Program-made: the position numbers and the translations under genes
The notes under the pieces: model-generated
The model's database searches: none
What the model was told of the DNA's origin: nothing
Seen by the model: the letters and a program-made list of their open reading frames with translations, nothing else
Virus record (IMG/VR): IMGVR_UViG_3300032053_000004
Span: 96,001-160,000 of that record
Source of the DNA: a virus
Taxonomy: Duplodnaviria > Caudoviricetes
Strand: one strand, 5' to 3'
Length of the DNA stretch: 64,000 nt
Shown here: positions 27,157-38,424 of the stretch, one piece after another
Position numbering within the stretch: position 1 is the first letter of the stretch
Layout of the letters: each line of letters opens with the position of its first letter

Positions 27157-30100
27157 TTGTCAGTAGACAACCCAAGAGGTGCAAGAGGCTTTATCGGACC
27201 GACAGGCCCGGCTGGATCGACAGGTCCAACGGGCGCTATTGGGCCTGTCGGTACTCAAGGCTCTCCGGGTGCTCCTGGTCCAACTGGTCCAACTGGTGCT
27301 ATTGGTCCTATTGGTACTCAAGGTGTTACTGGGCCTCAAGGATCTCCAGGCCCCACAGGCCCGATAGGTCCGACAGGTCCGACAGGTCCGCAGGGTTCAC
27401 CTGGTTCACCTGGTTCCACTGGATTGATTGGACCTCAGGGGTCTCCTGGTTCACCTGGTCCCACAGGGCCTCAAGGTTCTCCCGGTGTAACCGGTTTAAC
27501 CGGAGCAACGGGTCCTCAAGGTTCCCCTGGTTCCCCTGGTTCCCCTGGCCCCACAGGACCTCAGGGATCACCTGGATCACCTGGCCCCACTGGACCTCGA
27601 GGAACTCAAGGGTCACCTGGTCCAACAGGACCACAGGGGTCTCCTGGTTCCCCCGGCCCCACTGGTGTAACAGGGCCTCAGGGCTCTCCTGGTTCCCCCG
27701 GCCCCACTGGACCCCAGGGTTCTCCTGGCCCCACTGGACCTCAAGGATCGCCGGGTAGTCCTGGTCCAACTGGACCACAAGGTTCACCTGGTTCACCTGG
27801 TTCACCTGGATCACCTGGCCCAACTGGCCCACGTGGTTCTCCCGGTTCACCTGGTTCTCCCGGTTCACCTGGTTCTCCCGGCCCCACTGGACCCCAGGGT
27901 TCTCCTGGCCCCACAGGGCTTCAAGGAACCCAGGGTTCACCTGGTTCTCCTGGACCAACTGGACCAACTGGACCCCAGGGTTCTCCTGGCCCTACAGGCC
28001 CTCAGGGTTCTCCAGGTTCTCCTGGCCCAACTGGTCCTACTGGACCCCAGGGATCACCTGGCCCCACTGGACCCCAGGGTTCTCCTGGCCTGCGTGGGGT
28101 TACTGGAGCTACCGGTCCAACCGGAGCGCGTGGCCCCACTGGACCAACGGGGCCAGTTGGACCAACGGGGCCTCAGGGTTCTCCTGGTAGTCCCGGTCCT
28201 ACTGGTCTGCAAGGCCCGATAGGATCCCCTGGTCCAACCGGTCCTCAAGGTTCTCTTGGATCCCCAGGTCCCGCCGGTCTACAAGGGCCGGTTGGTTCAC
28301 CTGGATTAACTGGACCTCAAGGCCCTCAGGGTTCTCCTGGCCCAACAGGACCAACAGGACCAATTGGTCCTGTACCTTCTTTTTATCCTGCTCCTGTTAG
28401 TACAGCTGTCTTTTCTGGTTTTCAGGCTACACATTCAATATTCACTTCAATTCCTAGCTCTTATATATCTTTAAATTTAAATTCTGAAGCTGATATTATT
28501 TCTTTCTTAAATGTTGCTATTGATTCTTCTGGTGGATCGGTAAACAACACTCCAATAATAAGAATTGTTATCGATAACATACCTGGACCCGAATTTCAAT
28601 TATTCAACGCAAACGCTCAACCTGAAAATTCTTCGGCGGCTTATGTTCTTCGTCGTCCTGCTGGCGTTCACACTTTATGGGGAGAGTGGCGTCGCTCGGC
28701 TGGTAATCGAGTTATGGTTTTGGAGAATGGCTCTCTCGTAGCTTTCTCCAATCAAGGGGTTCAAGGAGCGACTGGCCCACAAGGGCCAACCGGTCCCGCA
28801 GGTGCAACCGGTTCCCAAGGATTAATAGGTTCTCAAGGATTCCAAGGTTCTCCTGGTCCTATTGGACCTCAAGGTGCAACAGGACTGGTCGGACCGACAG
28901 GACCGATTGGTTCTCCAGGCCCGACAGGTCCTCAAGGTGCAACTGGTTTAGCAGGTGAAACTGGTCCTATCGGTCCTCAAGGAACTCAAGGAACAACAGG
29001 AACTCAAGGAGCAACAGGTGTCCAAGGCGTAACTGGATCGACAGGTCCTCAAGGCTCGATTGGTTCCCAAGGATCACCCGGGCCACCTGGTCCAACTGGT
29101 GCCCAGGGTGCAACTGGTGCCCAGGGTGCAACTGGTGTCCAGGGTGCAACTGGATCGACAGGTCCTATCGGTCCACAAGGAACTCAGGGTTCTCCAGGGC
29201 CAACCGGTCCGCAAGGTTCTCCAGGATCAACTGGTGCTGCAGGGTCTACGGGTGTTACAGGACCGCAGGGAAACCCTGGCTCACCGGGTCCTACTGGTCC
29301 AACCGGTCCTCAGGGTTCTCCCGGTCCGACTGGACCTCAAGGATCACCAGGTTCAACCGGACCACAAGGTTCCCCTGGTTCTCCAGGATCGACTGGCGCA
29401 GCAGGTTCCACAGGTCCTCAGGGTTCCCCTGGCTCACCTGGCCCCACTGGACCTCAGGGTTCCCCTGGGTCTCCAGGTCCGACTGGTCCTGCTGGGTCCA
29501 CTGGTGTTACTGGGCCCCAAGGCTCACCGGGGTCTCCAGGACCAACAGGTCCTCAGGGTTCCCCTGGGTCTCCAGGTCCGACTGGTCCTGCTGGAGCCAC
29601 TGGAGCCACGGGTCCTCAGGGCTCTCCAGGTCCTACAGGCCCAGTGGGTCCGACTGGAGTAACTGGGGCCACAGGGCCACAGGGTTCACCTGGTTCTCCA
29701 GGGCCAACTGGCGCACCGGGTCAGACCGGGGTTACTGGACCTCAAGGTTCACCCGGTCCGACTGGTCCTCAGGGTTCACCCGGTAGTACAGGACCAACAG
29801 GTCCTCAGGGTTCCCCTGGCTCACCTGGCCCCACTGGACCTCAGGGTTCCCCTGGGTCTCCAGGTCCGATTGGTCCTCAAGGTTTCCCAGGCTCACCAGG
29901 TCCAACTGGCGCCGCTGGCCCCCAAGGAAGTCCAGGTTCTCCAGGGCCAACTGGCGCAGCTGGGCCTACCGGTGTTACAGGTGCGACTGGGCCTCAAGGT
30001 TCACCTGGGTCTCCTGGCCCCACAGGCCCTCAAGGCTCACCTGGCCCCACAGGCCAAGCTGGTGCTACTGGCGCTCAAGGAAGCTCCGGATCCCCAGGGC

Positions 30101-33100
30101 CTACAGGAGCAGCAGGTCCAACAGGTCCAACAGGTTCCATCGGTCCTCAAGGAACTCAAGGAACTCAAGGTTCACTTGGCTCCCCAGGCCCAACGGGACC
30201 TCAAGGCTCCCCTGGACCGACAGGTCCCCAAGGTCTCACGGGTGTAACTGGTCCACAAGGCTCACCAGGTCCAACTGGTGCAGCAGGTTTTACTGGGGTT
30301 ACTGGACCTCAGGGTTCACCTGGTCCCACCGGTCCGGCAGGGCCTACTGGCGTTACGGGGCCTCAAGGTTCTCCTGGTCCGACTGGCCCACAGGGTTCTC
30401 CAGGAAGTCCTGGACCCACGGGAGCAGCAGGTCCAACCGGAGTTATTGGAGCCACTGGGCCTCAAGGTAGTCCTGGACTTACGGGACCGCAGGGCTCACC
30501 CGGTCTTACAGGTCCTCAAGGAAGTCCAGGCTCCCCAGGTCCAACGGGTCCTGCTGGATCTACTGGAGTAACGGGAGCAGCTGGCCCCGCAGGTGTCACT
30601 GGTGCAACTGGTCCTCAGGGTAGTCCAGGAAGTCCTGGGGCTACTGGACCTCAAGGATCACCTGGATCGCCAGGACCTACTGGACCTCAAGGCTCCCCAG
30701 GCTTGCCTGGCCCGACTGGACCTCAAGGCTCACCAGGCAGTCCGGGATCGCCTGGCCCTACGGGGCCACAAGGTAGTCCTGGTCCAACAGGACCACAAGG
30801 CTCACTTGGTTCTCCGGGCCCAACAGGTCCCCAGGGATCTCCTGGTAGTCCAGGTGTAACTGGAGTGGCCGGGCCTATTGGTGCAACTGGAGCTACTGGT
30901 CCTCAAGGCTCCCCCGGTCCTACTGGTCCTCTTGGATCTCCAGGTCCCATTGGACCTCAAGGGTCTCCTGGATCACCTGGCCCCACTGGTGCTGCGGGTC
31001 CACAAGGGTCTCCTGGAAGTCCAGGCCCCACTGGAGCAGCTGGCCCCACAGGTGTCACTGGTGCGACTGGGCCTCAAGGCTCACCTGGGCCACAAGGACC
31101 TCAGGGAACTCAAGGTAGCCCTGGTCCCACTGGGCCTCAGGGCTCACCAGGCTCGCCTGGTCCCACTGGAGCTATTGGAGCTATTGGAGCCACTGGTCCT
31201 CAAGGCTCCCCCGGTCCTACTGGTCCTCAGGGATCACCTGGCCCCACAGGCCCCTTAGGTAGCCCAGGAACACAGGGATCCCCAGGCTCGCCTGGTCCTA
31301 CTGGTCCACAGGGCTCTCCAGGACCTACTGGTCCACAGGGAAGTCCAGGTAGCCCTGGACCAACGGGTGCTGCTGGACTTACTGGTGTTACAGGCGCTAC
31401 TGGTCCACAGGGCTCTCCAGGACCTACTGGTCCACAAGGTTCACTAGGTAGTCCTGGTCCAACCGGTCCTCAGGGTAGTCCGGGATCAGCGGGGCCTCAG
31501 GGTTCGCCAGGACCAACCGGACCTCAAGGAGCAACTGGACCGCAAGGTTCAACAGGGCCACAAGGATCTCTTGGATCCCCAGGACCAACTGGGCCTCAGG
31601 GATCACCAGGACCAACTGGTATAGCTGGCCCCACTGGTGTCACAGGAGCAACTGGACCTCAAGGGTCACCTGGGTCCCCAGGTCCGACTGGTCCTCAGGG
31701 ATCACCTGGTAGCCCTGGACCAACCGGTCCGCAAGGTTCCCTTGGATCCCCTGGACCAACGGGAGCTGCTGGAGCCACAGGTGTCACTGGAGCCACTGGA
31801 CCTCAGGGTTCTCCGGGTCCAACCGGACCTCAAGGTTCTCCAGGTTCACTTGGCCCCACTGGGCCTCAGGGTAGCCTGGGTCCCACAGGGCCACAAGGTA
31901 GCCCTGGTTCTCCAGGTCCAACTGGCCCTCAAGGATCACCAGGAAGTCCTGGTCCTACAGGAGCAGCTGGCCCTACTGGTGTTACCGGTGCCACAGGCCC
32001 TCAAGGTAGTCCAGGATCTCCCGGCCCAACCGGAGCAGCAGGACCAACGGGGGTAACTGGAGCCACTGGACCTCAAGGTAGTCCAGGACCTACAGGTCCT
32101 CAGGGATCGCCGGGAGGACCAGGACCAACCGGACCTCAGGGTAGTCCGGGCAGTCCGGGTCCAACCGGTGCAGCAGGGCCCACAGGCGTTACAGGGGCTA
32201 CGGGCCCTCAGGGAAGTCCCGGTCCAGTTGGATCTCCTGGTTCACCTGGTTCACCTGGTCCAACTGGTCCTCAGGGTTCTCCTGGTAGTCCAGGTCCTAC
32301 CGGACCTCAGGGTTTACCTGGATCTCCTGGTCCAACTGGCCCCCAGGGATCTCCTGGTTCTCCTGGCCCAACTGGCCCCCAGGGTTCTCAGGGTTCACCT
32401 GGTCCTACCGGACCACAAGGATCACCTGGTCCAACTGGTCCAACTGGTCCACAAGGTTCTCCTGGATCCCCCGGCCCCACTGGACCTCAAGGATCTCCTG
32501 GATCCCCCGGCCCCACTGGAATCGATGGTCCTACTGGCCCTCAAGGTTCTCCAGGTCCAACTGGACCACAAGGGTCCCCAGGGTCCCCAGGTAGTCCTGG
32601 ATCGCCCGGTCCTACTGGACCTCTAGGTTTTCCTGGGAGTCCTGGGAGTCCTGGGAGTCCTGGTCCTACTGGACCGTTGGGGTCTCCAGGATCACCTGGC
32701 CCCACTGGACCTTTAGGACCTTTAGGAACACAAGGTTCACCAGGTAGTCCAGGCCCTACCGGTCCTGAAGCAACTCCATCGTCTCAGATCATTGAGGCCA
32801 CTGGAACTATCACAACCACATCGACTACTGACACGCTTGCTACGTCAATGACTGTAACACCAACCTCTGGTACATATCTCGTATGGTTTACAGGATCAGT
32901 TGATAATAGTACTACTAACAGCTCGATTTTTACATCAATTTATTCGAATGGCGCACAGGTAGCTTCTTCCGAAAGAAACTTTCGACGTGGTGGTTCTCAA
33001 GGAAACGTAGCTTCTGCATTTGATTGTGCAGCAAGAGTCACAGTTAATGGTTCTCAAGCAATTGAAGGTCGTTGGAGAGTTGATGCTGGAACCGGTAGCA

Positions 33101-33138
33101 TGTATCAACGAAGTCTTATGATTCTCAAGGTAGCCTAA
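27157..33138 (+). CDS. Giant collagen-like fibre protein
   Basis: Gly-X-Y tracts at 27178-28374 (133 triplets) and 28756-32769 (446 triplets), each followed by a ~120-aa beta-rich globular domain. Dominant triplets GPT, GPQ and GSP. Confidence 0.9.
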   Translation: MSVDNPRGARGFIGPTGPAGSTGPTGAIGPVGTQGSPGAPGPTGPTGAIGPIGTQGVTGPQGSPGPTGPIGPTGPTGPQGSPGSPGSTGLIGPQGSPGSPGPTGPQGSPGVTGLTGATGPQGSPGSPGSPGPTGPQGSPGSPGPTGPRGTQGSPGPTGPQGSPGSPGPTGVTGPQGSPGSPGPTGPQGSPGPTGPQGSPGSPGPTGPQGSPGSPGSPGSPGPTGPRGSPGSPGSPGSPGSPGPTGPQGSPGPTGLQGTQGSPGSPGPTGPTGPQGSPGPTGPQGSPGSPGPTGPTGPQGSPGPTGPQGSPGLRGVTGATGPTGARGPTGPTGPVGPTGPQGSPGSPGPTGLQGPIGSPGPTGPQGSLGSPGPAGLQGPVGSPGLTGPQGPQGSPGPTGPTGPIGPVPSFYPAPVSTAVFSGFQATHSIFTSIPSSYISLNLNSEADIISFLNVAIDSSGGSVNNTPIIRIVIDNIPGPEFQLFNANAQPENSSAAYVLRRPAGVHTLWGEWRRSAGNRVMVLENGSLVAFSNQGVQGATGPQGPTGPAGATGSQGLIGSQGFQGSPGPIGPQGATGLVGPTGPIGSPGPTGPQGATGLAGETGPIGPQGTQGTTGTQGATGVQGVTGSTGPQGSIGSQGSPGPPGPTGAQGATGAQGATGVQGATGSTGPIGPQGTQGSPGPTGPQGSPGSTGAAGSTGVTGPQGNPGSPGPTGPTGPQGSPGPTGPQGSPGSTGPQGSPGSPGSTGAAGSTGPQGSPGSPGPTGPQGSPGSPGPTGPAGSTGVTGPQGSPGSPGPTGPQGSPGSPGPTGPAGATGATGPQGSPGPTGPVGPTGVTGATGPQGSPGSPGPTGAPGQTGVTGPQGSPGPTGPQGSPGSTGPTGPQGSPGSPGPTGPQGSPGSPGPIGPQGFPGSPGPTGAAGPQGSPGSPGPTGAAGPTGVTGATGPQGSPGSPGPTGPQGSPGPTGQAGATGAQGSSGSPGPTGAAGPTGPTGSIGPQGTQGTQGSLGSPGPTGPQGSPGPTGPQGLTGVTGPQGSPGPTGAAGFTGVTGPQGSPGPTGPAGPTGVTGPQGSPGPTGPQGSPGSPGPTGAAGPTGVIGATGPQGSPGLTGPQGSPGLTGPQGSPGSPGPTGPAGSTGVTGAAGPAGVTGATGPQGSPGSPGATGPQGSPGSPGPTGPQGSPGLPGPTGPQGSPGSPGSPGPTGPQGSPGPTGPQGSLGSPGPTGPQGSPGSPGVTGVAGPIGATGATGPQGSPGPTGPLGSPGPIGPQGSPGSPGPTGAAGPQGSPGSPGPTGAAGPTGVTGATGPQGSPGPQGPQGTQGSPGPTGPQGSPGSPGPTGAIGAIGATGPQGSPGPTGPQGSPGPTGPLGSPGTQGSPGSPGPTGPQGSPGPTGPQGSPGSPGPTGAAGLTGVTGATGPQGSPGPTGPQGSLGSPGPTGPQGSPGSAGPQGSPGPTGPQGATGPQGSTGPQGSLGSPGPTGPQGSPGPTGIAGPTGVTGATGPQGSPGSPGPTGPQGSPGSPGPTGPQGSLGSPGPTGAAGATGVTGATGPQGSPGPTGPQGSPGSLGPTGPQGSLGPTGPQGSPGSPGPTGPQGSPGSPGPTGAAGPTGVTGATGPQGSPGSPGPTGAAGPTGVTGATGPQGSPGPTGPQGSPGGPGPTGPQGSPGSPGPTGAAGPTGVTGATGPQGSPGPVGSPGSPGSPGPTGPQGSPGSPGPTGPQGLPGSPGPTGPQGSPGSPGPTGPQGSQGSPGPTGPQGSPGPTGPTGPQGSPGSPGPTGPQGSPGSPGPTGIDGPTGPQGSPGPTGPQGSPGSPGSPGSPGPTGPLGFPGSPGSPGSPGPTGPLGSPGSPGPTGPLGPLGTQGSPGSPGPTGPEATPSSQIIEATGTITTTSTTDTLATSMTVTPTSGTYLVWFTGSVDNSTTNSSIFTSIYSNGAQVASSERNFRRGGSQGNVASAFDCAARVTVNGSQAIEGRWRVDAGTGSMYQRSLMILKVA

Positions 33139-33139
33139 T

Positions 33140-33976
33140 ATGCCTCTTAGTCAATATACATACACGATCGCGACTGATTTTCCAAACAATTTAGTCAACT
33201 CGGATCGACTCACTCTTGAAATTATAGCCACTGCGATAGTACCTGTCCTTGATCATATTGATACTGAGAATGGGTTTTGCGATATATTCTTCCAATCAGC
33301 TCTTTCTGTTGGAGAGCAAACTACGCTTGATGGTGTTGTCGCAGTACATTCTGGCGCTCAGTTTTCTGGTCAGGTTCTCTATGGACACACTGGTGCACCA
33401 ACATTTGCTGATGATTTCTCAGAAGAAAACACCACAGGGCAAATATGGGTTGATCAACCAGGCGGCAGAGCATTTGTTAATATTTCGCCAACGCCAATCG
33501 GATCAGCTATATGGTTGTCCATGGGGGGTGGTTCACCAGGCCCTACTGGTCCCATCGGTCCCCCCGGACCAACTGGACCTCAGGGACCAACAGGTACAAA
33601 TGGGCCTCAGGGCTCACCCGGGCCAACTGGACCTCAGGGACCAACTGGACCTCAGGGACCAACTGGACTAAATACGAGTGCTCATGAACAATTAAGACAA
33701 CTGATTCATTTTATTGATGATGGTCCCGGTTTTGGTTTTGCTTCCGGAGCTTATAGAGAAGTTTCTGGTGTTCCATTCCCAACAGCCATAACCTGGTATG
33801 AAAGTTCAAATAAGACTGCTAAAATAGTTGAAAAGTTAATTTCTCTTCCATTAATAGCCCCCACAGGCATAACATGGAATATGTATGGAGTTGGGGGAAC
33901 ACCGATAGTTCAAACAATTGGTGACAGAATTGTTTATACAGGGATTTTCGAAATTTCAAGGATTAGATCAATATGA
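33140..33976 (+). CDS. Short collagen-repeat structural protein
   Basis: Central GPT/GPQ tract of ~15 triplets flanked by globular domains. Confidence 0.75.
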   Translation: MPLSQYTYTIATDFPNNLVNSDRLTLEIIATAIVPVLDHIDTENGFCDIFFQSALSVGEQTTLDGVVAVHSGAQFSGQVLYGHTGAPTFADDFSEENTTGQIWVDQPGGRAFVNISPTPIGSAIWLSMGGGSPGPTGPIGPPGPTGPQGPTGTNGPQGSPGPTGPQGPTGPQGPTGLNTSAHEQLRQLIHFIDDGPGFGFASGAYREVSGVPFPTAITWYESSNKTAKIVEKLISLPLIAPTGITWNMYGVGGTPIVQTIGDRIVYTGIFEISRIRSI

Positions 33977-33988
33977 CTTTATTAAACT

Positions 33989-35803
33989 TTGGTGATTACA
34001 ATGAGTGATACACCCGCTGTAATCATTTATAATTCAACTGGTACAGACGCGGCTGCGGTGAAGGCAGCGAGCACGGCGGCTGTTGCTGCCGATACAGCTC
34101 TGGTCGTTGCTATTAGTCCAAACTCCAACGATGTTGCTGTAGCCTATTACGATAATGGTCAAGGAGAGTCTGCAACTTGGGATAATACTACGAACCTCAG
34201 TGTTGATGTTGAGGCTATTCCACCCACTGTTGCTGGTAATGCCTGCACTGTCAGTATCTCACTGACACGTACCGGGACAATTACAGCAGGCGAGATTTCG
34301 TTTCAGGGTTCGGACGCAACTGGTGGTGTTTGGTTCCCGGTAAAAGCAACTCGTACCGAATCATTCACGACCGAGAACTCCATTCTGCTATCTGGCGTAG
34401 CAGACATTATGTGGAAGGTGAGTTGTGCCGGGTTCTTTGGCCTCCGGGCACAACTCACCACACAGATAACGGGTGCGGGCAGTGTGTTTATTACGACCCT
34501 ATGGGATACCTCCCCTGTAGGTGACACAAGATCCACTGTTGGTCAGAGTGATGAGACTAAGCTGAACGCCACGACCACTCTGAGGAGCGGACTCAAGGGC
34601 TCATCAGCAGCAGCTCTGGTGACTAGCTCTGCATCTGGGGCGAATCACCAGCCCCTCGATGTTGCGATCTACGACGCCACAGGCAATCAGATCACGAGCT
34701 TTGGCGGTGGAACCCAGTACACGGAGGATGTTGCTGCTCCAGCCGATCCTACTGGAACTTCCAAGGTACTGGTTCGTGCTGATACACCGGCAACGATCAC
34801 GGGAACTGATGGTGACTGGGTTTCTCAGAGAGGAACCAACTACGGTGCTGGGTATGTCCAGGTCGTTAACTCAACTGGGTCATTCGTAGACACGTTCGGT
34901 GGTGGTACGCAGTACGCGGACGGTGCTGCTCGTGGGACTGCTACCGGCACCTTGATGATGGTGGATGACGGCACGCTGGTTCAGTCGGCAAGTGGAGACT
35001 CTACAGGCAAGCTCAACGTCAATGCGATTCAGAGCACGGCTGCTGGTGCGGCGGCACCGTGGGCGACACGACTCAGTGATGGTGCCGCGTTCTACGATGC
35101 AGCCAAGACCGGGCAGCTCCCCGCTGCACTCGTAGGCGGTCGCCTAGACGAGAATGTCGGGGCCTGGCTCGGTTCTACGGCTCCCACGGTGGGGTCCAAG
35201 ACTTCAGCGAATTCTCTCCCGGTAGTTATCGCTTCTGATCAAGGTGCGGTTCCGGTCTCTGGAACTGTCACTGCCGGTCAGGGCACGGCTGCGGCTCTGG
35301 CAGGATACTGGCCGGTTCGTGTGACCGATGGCACCAACACGATGCCCACCCTGGACACGGTGGGTCGTCGTGGGTTCGTCACAATCACGGACGGCACGAA
35401 TTCGATGCCGACCGGTGATGCAATCGCCAGGGCGCTCTTCGTTCGTCAGACCGATGGGACGAACAACGCCACGATCAAGGCGGCTAGCGTCACAGCAGTA
35501 GCGGCAGACACCGGGATCGTAGTTGCACCCCGTGCGTCAGCAACCGGTACGCAGACAAGCGTTGCATCAAGCGCAACAAGCGCGCAGCTACTTGCGGCGA
35601 ATACAGCTCGCATGGGTGCGATCATCTTCAACGATTCGACGCAAGTATGCTTCGTGAAGTTCGGCACGACCGCATCAAGTACGAGCTTTGCTTATCGCCT
35701 CACGTCGAACTCGACGCTGGAGGTGCCCTATGGGTACACGGGTCGTATCGACGCGATCTGGGCATCTGCGAATGGTAACGCTCGAATCACCGAGATGACG
35801 TGA
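33989..35803 (+). CDS. Putative fibre/receptor-binding protein
   Basis: T/A/G-rich, with repeated GGGTQY and V.xTDGTN motifs; GC rises after ~34300. Confidence 0.6.
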   Translation: MVITMSDTPAVIIYNSTGTDAAAVKAASTAAVAADTALVVAISPNSNDVAVAYYDNGQGESATWDNTTNLSVDVEAIPPTVAGNACTVSISLTRTGTITAGEISFQGSDATGGVWFPVKATRTESFTTENSILLSGVADIMWKVSCAGFFGLRAQLTTQITGAGSVFITTLWDTSPVGDTRSTVGQSDETKLNATTTLRSGLKGSSAAALVTSSASGANHQPLDVAIYDATGNQITSFGGGTQYTEDVAAPADPTGTSKVLVRADTPATITGTDGDWVSQRGTNYGAGYVQVVNSTGSFVDTFGGGTQYADGAARGTATGTLMMVDDGTLVQSASGDSTGKLNVNAIQSTAAGAAAPWATRLSDGAAFYDAAKTGQLPAALVGGRLDENVGAWLGSTAPTVGSKTSANSLPVVIASDQGAVPVSGTVTAGQGTAAALAGYWPVRVTDGTNTMPTLDTVGRRGFVTITDGTNSMPTGDAIARALFVRQTDGTNNATIKAASVTAVAADTGIVVAPRASATGTQTSVASSATSAQLLAANTARMGAIIFNDSTQVCFVKFGTTASSTSFAYRLTSNSTLEVPYGYTGRIDAIWASANGNARITEMT

Positions 35804-36483
35804 TGCCCGTCTCAACTCCATCTCAGGCTATCATCAGCGAGACGTTCCTGGTCTCAGGCACGACCTTCACGACAGGTCCGACCACAACCCGAATCAAGGT
35901 CGAACAGGTCGGCGGTGGCGGTGGAGGTGGAGGTGGTGTCACTGGTGTGACGGCAACATCGGCGGCTCCCGGTGGTGGCGCTGGTGGCTACGCCATCAAG
36001 ATCTTCGATGTAACCCCCAACACGAACTACACCTACGCGATCGGTGCTGCCGGAACAGCGGCGACCGCCGGGAACAACGCTGGCGGAAATGGTGGCAACA
36101 CTACGTTTGCAGTGGGAGCCGTGACCGTTACTGCCAACGGTGGGACCGGCGGTGCTGGCGGCGGCGTCGCTGCCACAACTGTCCTGATCTTGGCCGGTGG
36201 TGCTGGTGCTACCGTTGGAACCAACGGTGACGTCAACGCTCCTGGTCAGGGCGGTGGGGCCTCGACTCGACTCTCGGCAACGATTGCAGCCAGCGGTAAC
36301 GGAGGAAGCGGACGGTTTGGGGCCGGGGCTCTAGGAACTGTTGCTCAGGGCGCAGGCACGGCCGGAACCGGTAACGGCTCGGGAGGCTCGGGTGGCCTTT
36401 CACTCAACGGCGGTGCCTCGGTTGCAGGTGGTGCCGGAACGGTGGGGGCGATCCTCGTGACCGAATACGAGGCCACGGCATGA
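35800..36483 (+). CDS. Glycine-rich fibre-associated protein
   Basis: VGGGGGGGGG...GGGAGGY polyglycine motifs; TGATG coupling. Confidence 0.7.
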   Translation: MMPVSTPSQAIISETFLVSGTTFTTGPTTTRIKVEQVGGGGGGGGGVTGVTATSAAPGGGAGGYAIKIFDVTPNTNYTYAIGAAGTAATAGNNAGGNGGNTTFAVGAVTVTANGGTGGAGGGVAATTVLILAGGAGATVGTNGDVNAPGQGGGASTRLSATIAASGNGGSGRFGAGALGTVAQGAGTAGTGNGSGGSGGLSLNGGASVAGGAGTVGAILVTEYEATA

Positions 36484-37160
36484 TCCAGCAGGCCAAGCTC
36501 GTTCTACTCAGCGAGACCTACCTGACGACGGGCACGACCCACACGGTCAGCAGCAATACGCACAGGATCTTCATCGAGCTGGTCGGCGGCGGTGGTGGTG
36601 GCGGTGGTGCCTCTGGAACTGGCTCTCAAGCCGGGGCGGGAGCCGGTGGTGGAGCCGGTGGATACGGCTGCAAGGTCTTCGACGTGGTGCCCAGCACCGG
36701 CTACACCTACGCGATTGGAGCGGCTGGAACGGCTGGAGCGGCAGCGGCCGGTACTGGAGGCAACGGAGGCGACACGACCTTCGCGGTGGGGGCCACGACC
36801 GTCACGGCCAAGGGAGGCACCGGAGGTGTCGGTATGGCGAACGGCACGACCTCGTTGATCACCAAGGGCGGGGCCGGGGGTGTCGTCGGCTCCAACGGTG
36901 ACGTGAACGCTTCAGGGGACAACGGCGGTGATGGGGTTCGGTTGTCTGGCTCGATTCGTCGGGCCGGTGAAGGTGGCAGCGGTCCTTTTGGTGCCGGGGG
37001 GCAGAACACGAACGTCAGTGGAAACGGTGGCGCAGGTTCGGCCGGAACTGGCAACGGCTCAGGCGGTTCCGGTGGCAGCAGCGGCAACGTCACGAATCGA
37101 GCCGGTGGTGTCGGCACGGTCGGCGCCATCCTTGTGCAAGAATACGGTTACGTCACGTAG
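36480..37160 (+). CDS. Glycine-rich fibre-associated protein, paralogue of 35800
   Basis: Colinear with the upstream gene (SETxL.xGTT...YTYAIGAAGTA...GAILVxEY). Confidence 0.7.
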   Translation: MIQQAKLVLLSETYLTTGTTHTVSSNTHRIFIELVGGGGGGGGASGTGSQAGAGAGGGAGGYGCKVFDVVPSTGYTYAIGAAGTAGAAAAGTGGNGGDTTFAVGATTVTAKGGTGGVGMANGTTSLITKGGAGGVVGSNGDVNASGDNGGDGVRLSGSIRRAGEGGSGPFGAGGQNTNVSGNGGAGSAGTGNGSGGSGGSSGNVTNRAGGVGTVGAILVQEYGYVT

Positions 37161-37168
37161 GAGAAGTC

Positions 37169-37546
37169 ATGCCTTTCATCATCACAGCCCCAGAGACCAA
37201 GACGATCACACAGAAGTACGTGATCACGAACCCAACCAACGACGACGTTGTAGAGGTGAGTGCCGTCCGGACCATCGACCGCGTGAACATCGAGCACATC
37301 ATCACCAGTATGCCGATCAACAACCCGACCGGCGTCTCCATGACAGTCAAGTGGAGTATCGGCTACATGGACGGAGTCGTATTCTTCCCGACCGAGCGGG
37401 GCAGTGCCGAGCTGGCCGGTGAAGCGTTGCTGACCAAGATGGTCGAGCCGGTGATTCCAGGGGCCACCCACTATGGTGATCACAAGGCTGCGCTATACGA
37501 GCTTCTCGTTGCATTGGGCCACATCCCGGCTGGATCAATCGTATGA
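37169..37546 (+). CDS. Hypothetical protein of the fibre module
   Basis: SD AGGAG; ATGA overlap with the patatin gene. Confidence 0.6.
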   Translation: MPFIITAPETKTITQKYVITNPTNDDVVEVSAVRTIDRVNIEHIITSMPINNPTGVSMTVKWSIGYMDGVVFFPTERGSAELAGEALLTKMVEPVIPGATHYGDHKAALYELLVALGHIPAGSIV

Positions 37547-38400
37547 GAGCGTTGGTTCTCAGCGGGGGCGGGAGCAAGGGCGCGTATCAGGTCGGCGCGC
37601 TGAAGCGGTGGGTGTTTGAGGAAGGAGCAGACTACGAGATTCTGACGGGTATTTCGGTAGGAGCCATCAACACCACCTACCTCAGCCAGTATCCTGTAGG
37701 ACAGGGCAAGCAAGGCTACCAAGCCCTCAAGGATCTGTGGGACACTGTGACTCCTCGCAAGGTTAAGAAGAACTGGTTCCCCTTCTGCCAACTCGAAGCT
37801 CTCTGGAAGCCCTCTGTGTACAACTCGGAGCCTCTCCAGAAGTGGGTTCGGGGTGGTCTTGACACCGAGAAGGTCTTGGCTTCCGGGAAACTCCTTCGGA
37901 TCGTAACGGTCTCGTGGGACACCGGGGAGGCCAGAGTTATCTCTCAGGATGACTCTCAGCTTGCCGATTGGGTCATCGCAAGTTCAGCTTTTCCTGTCAT
38001 GTTGAGCCCCATCCGTATAGACGGTCAGCTCTGGACGGACGGCGGCCTAAGAAGCGTCACTCCACTCGGGGAGGCCATCCGTGCTGGAGCAACCGAGATT
38101 GACGTGATCATGTGCTCGGACCCTTATGCCAAGAGTCCGTTTGCATCGAAAGGCAAGGGAGCTTTCCCCAGCCTCACCATGCGAGCCATCGACATAATGT
38201 CTGACGAGATCATGAGGGCGGACTTGAAAATCTGTGGTCTCAAGAACGACCTGGCCGAACTAGATTCCAAATACCGGAAAGTCCATATTCGTCGTCTTCT
38301 AAAACCCTCTGTTGATTTAGGGGACTCTTTGGATTTCGAACAAAAGAATATCATTAGAATGGAAAAAATCGGGTATGATGATGCATGTAATTTAATTTAA
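37543..38400 (+). CDS. Patatin-like phospholipase
   Basis: GGGSKG oxyanion loop, GISVG nucleophile elbow and DGG catalytic motif. Confidence 0.9.
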   Translation: MRALVLSGGGSKGAYQVGALKRWVFEEGADYEILTGISVGAINTTYLSQYPVGQGKQGYQALKDLWDTVTPRKVKKNWFPFCQLEALWKPSVYNSEPLQKWVRGGLDTEKVLASGKLLRIVTVSWDTGEARVISQDDSQLADWVIASSAFPVMLSPIRIDGQLWTDGGLRSVTPLGEAIRAGATEIDVIMCSDPYAKSPFASKGKGAFPSLTMRAIDIMSDEIMRADLKICGLKNDLAELDSKYRKVHIRRLLKPSVDLGDSLDFEQKNIIRMEKIGYDDACNLI

Positions 38401-38424
38401 TTTTTTTTTCTGTATAGTTTATTC

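Noticed and set aside
27179-32626. Many alternate-frame and antisense ORFs across the collagen gene
   Set aside because: They are shadows of the Gly-X-Y codon periodicity, with no SD sites and low-complexity L/V/Q products.
35800-37160. Paralogous Gly-rich genes as a DGR template/variable pair
   Set aside because: Differences involve all bases, mainly at third positions, and are not adenine-specific. No reverse transcriptase is in the window.
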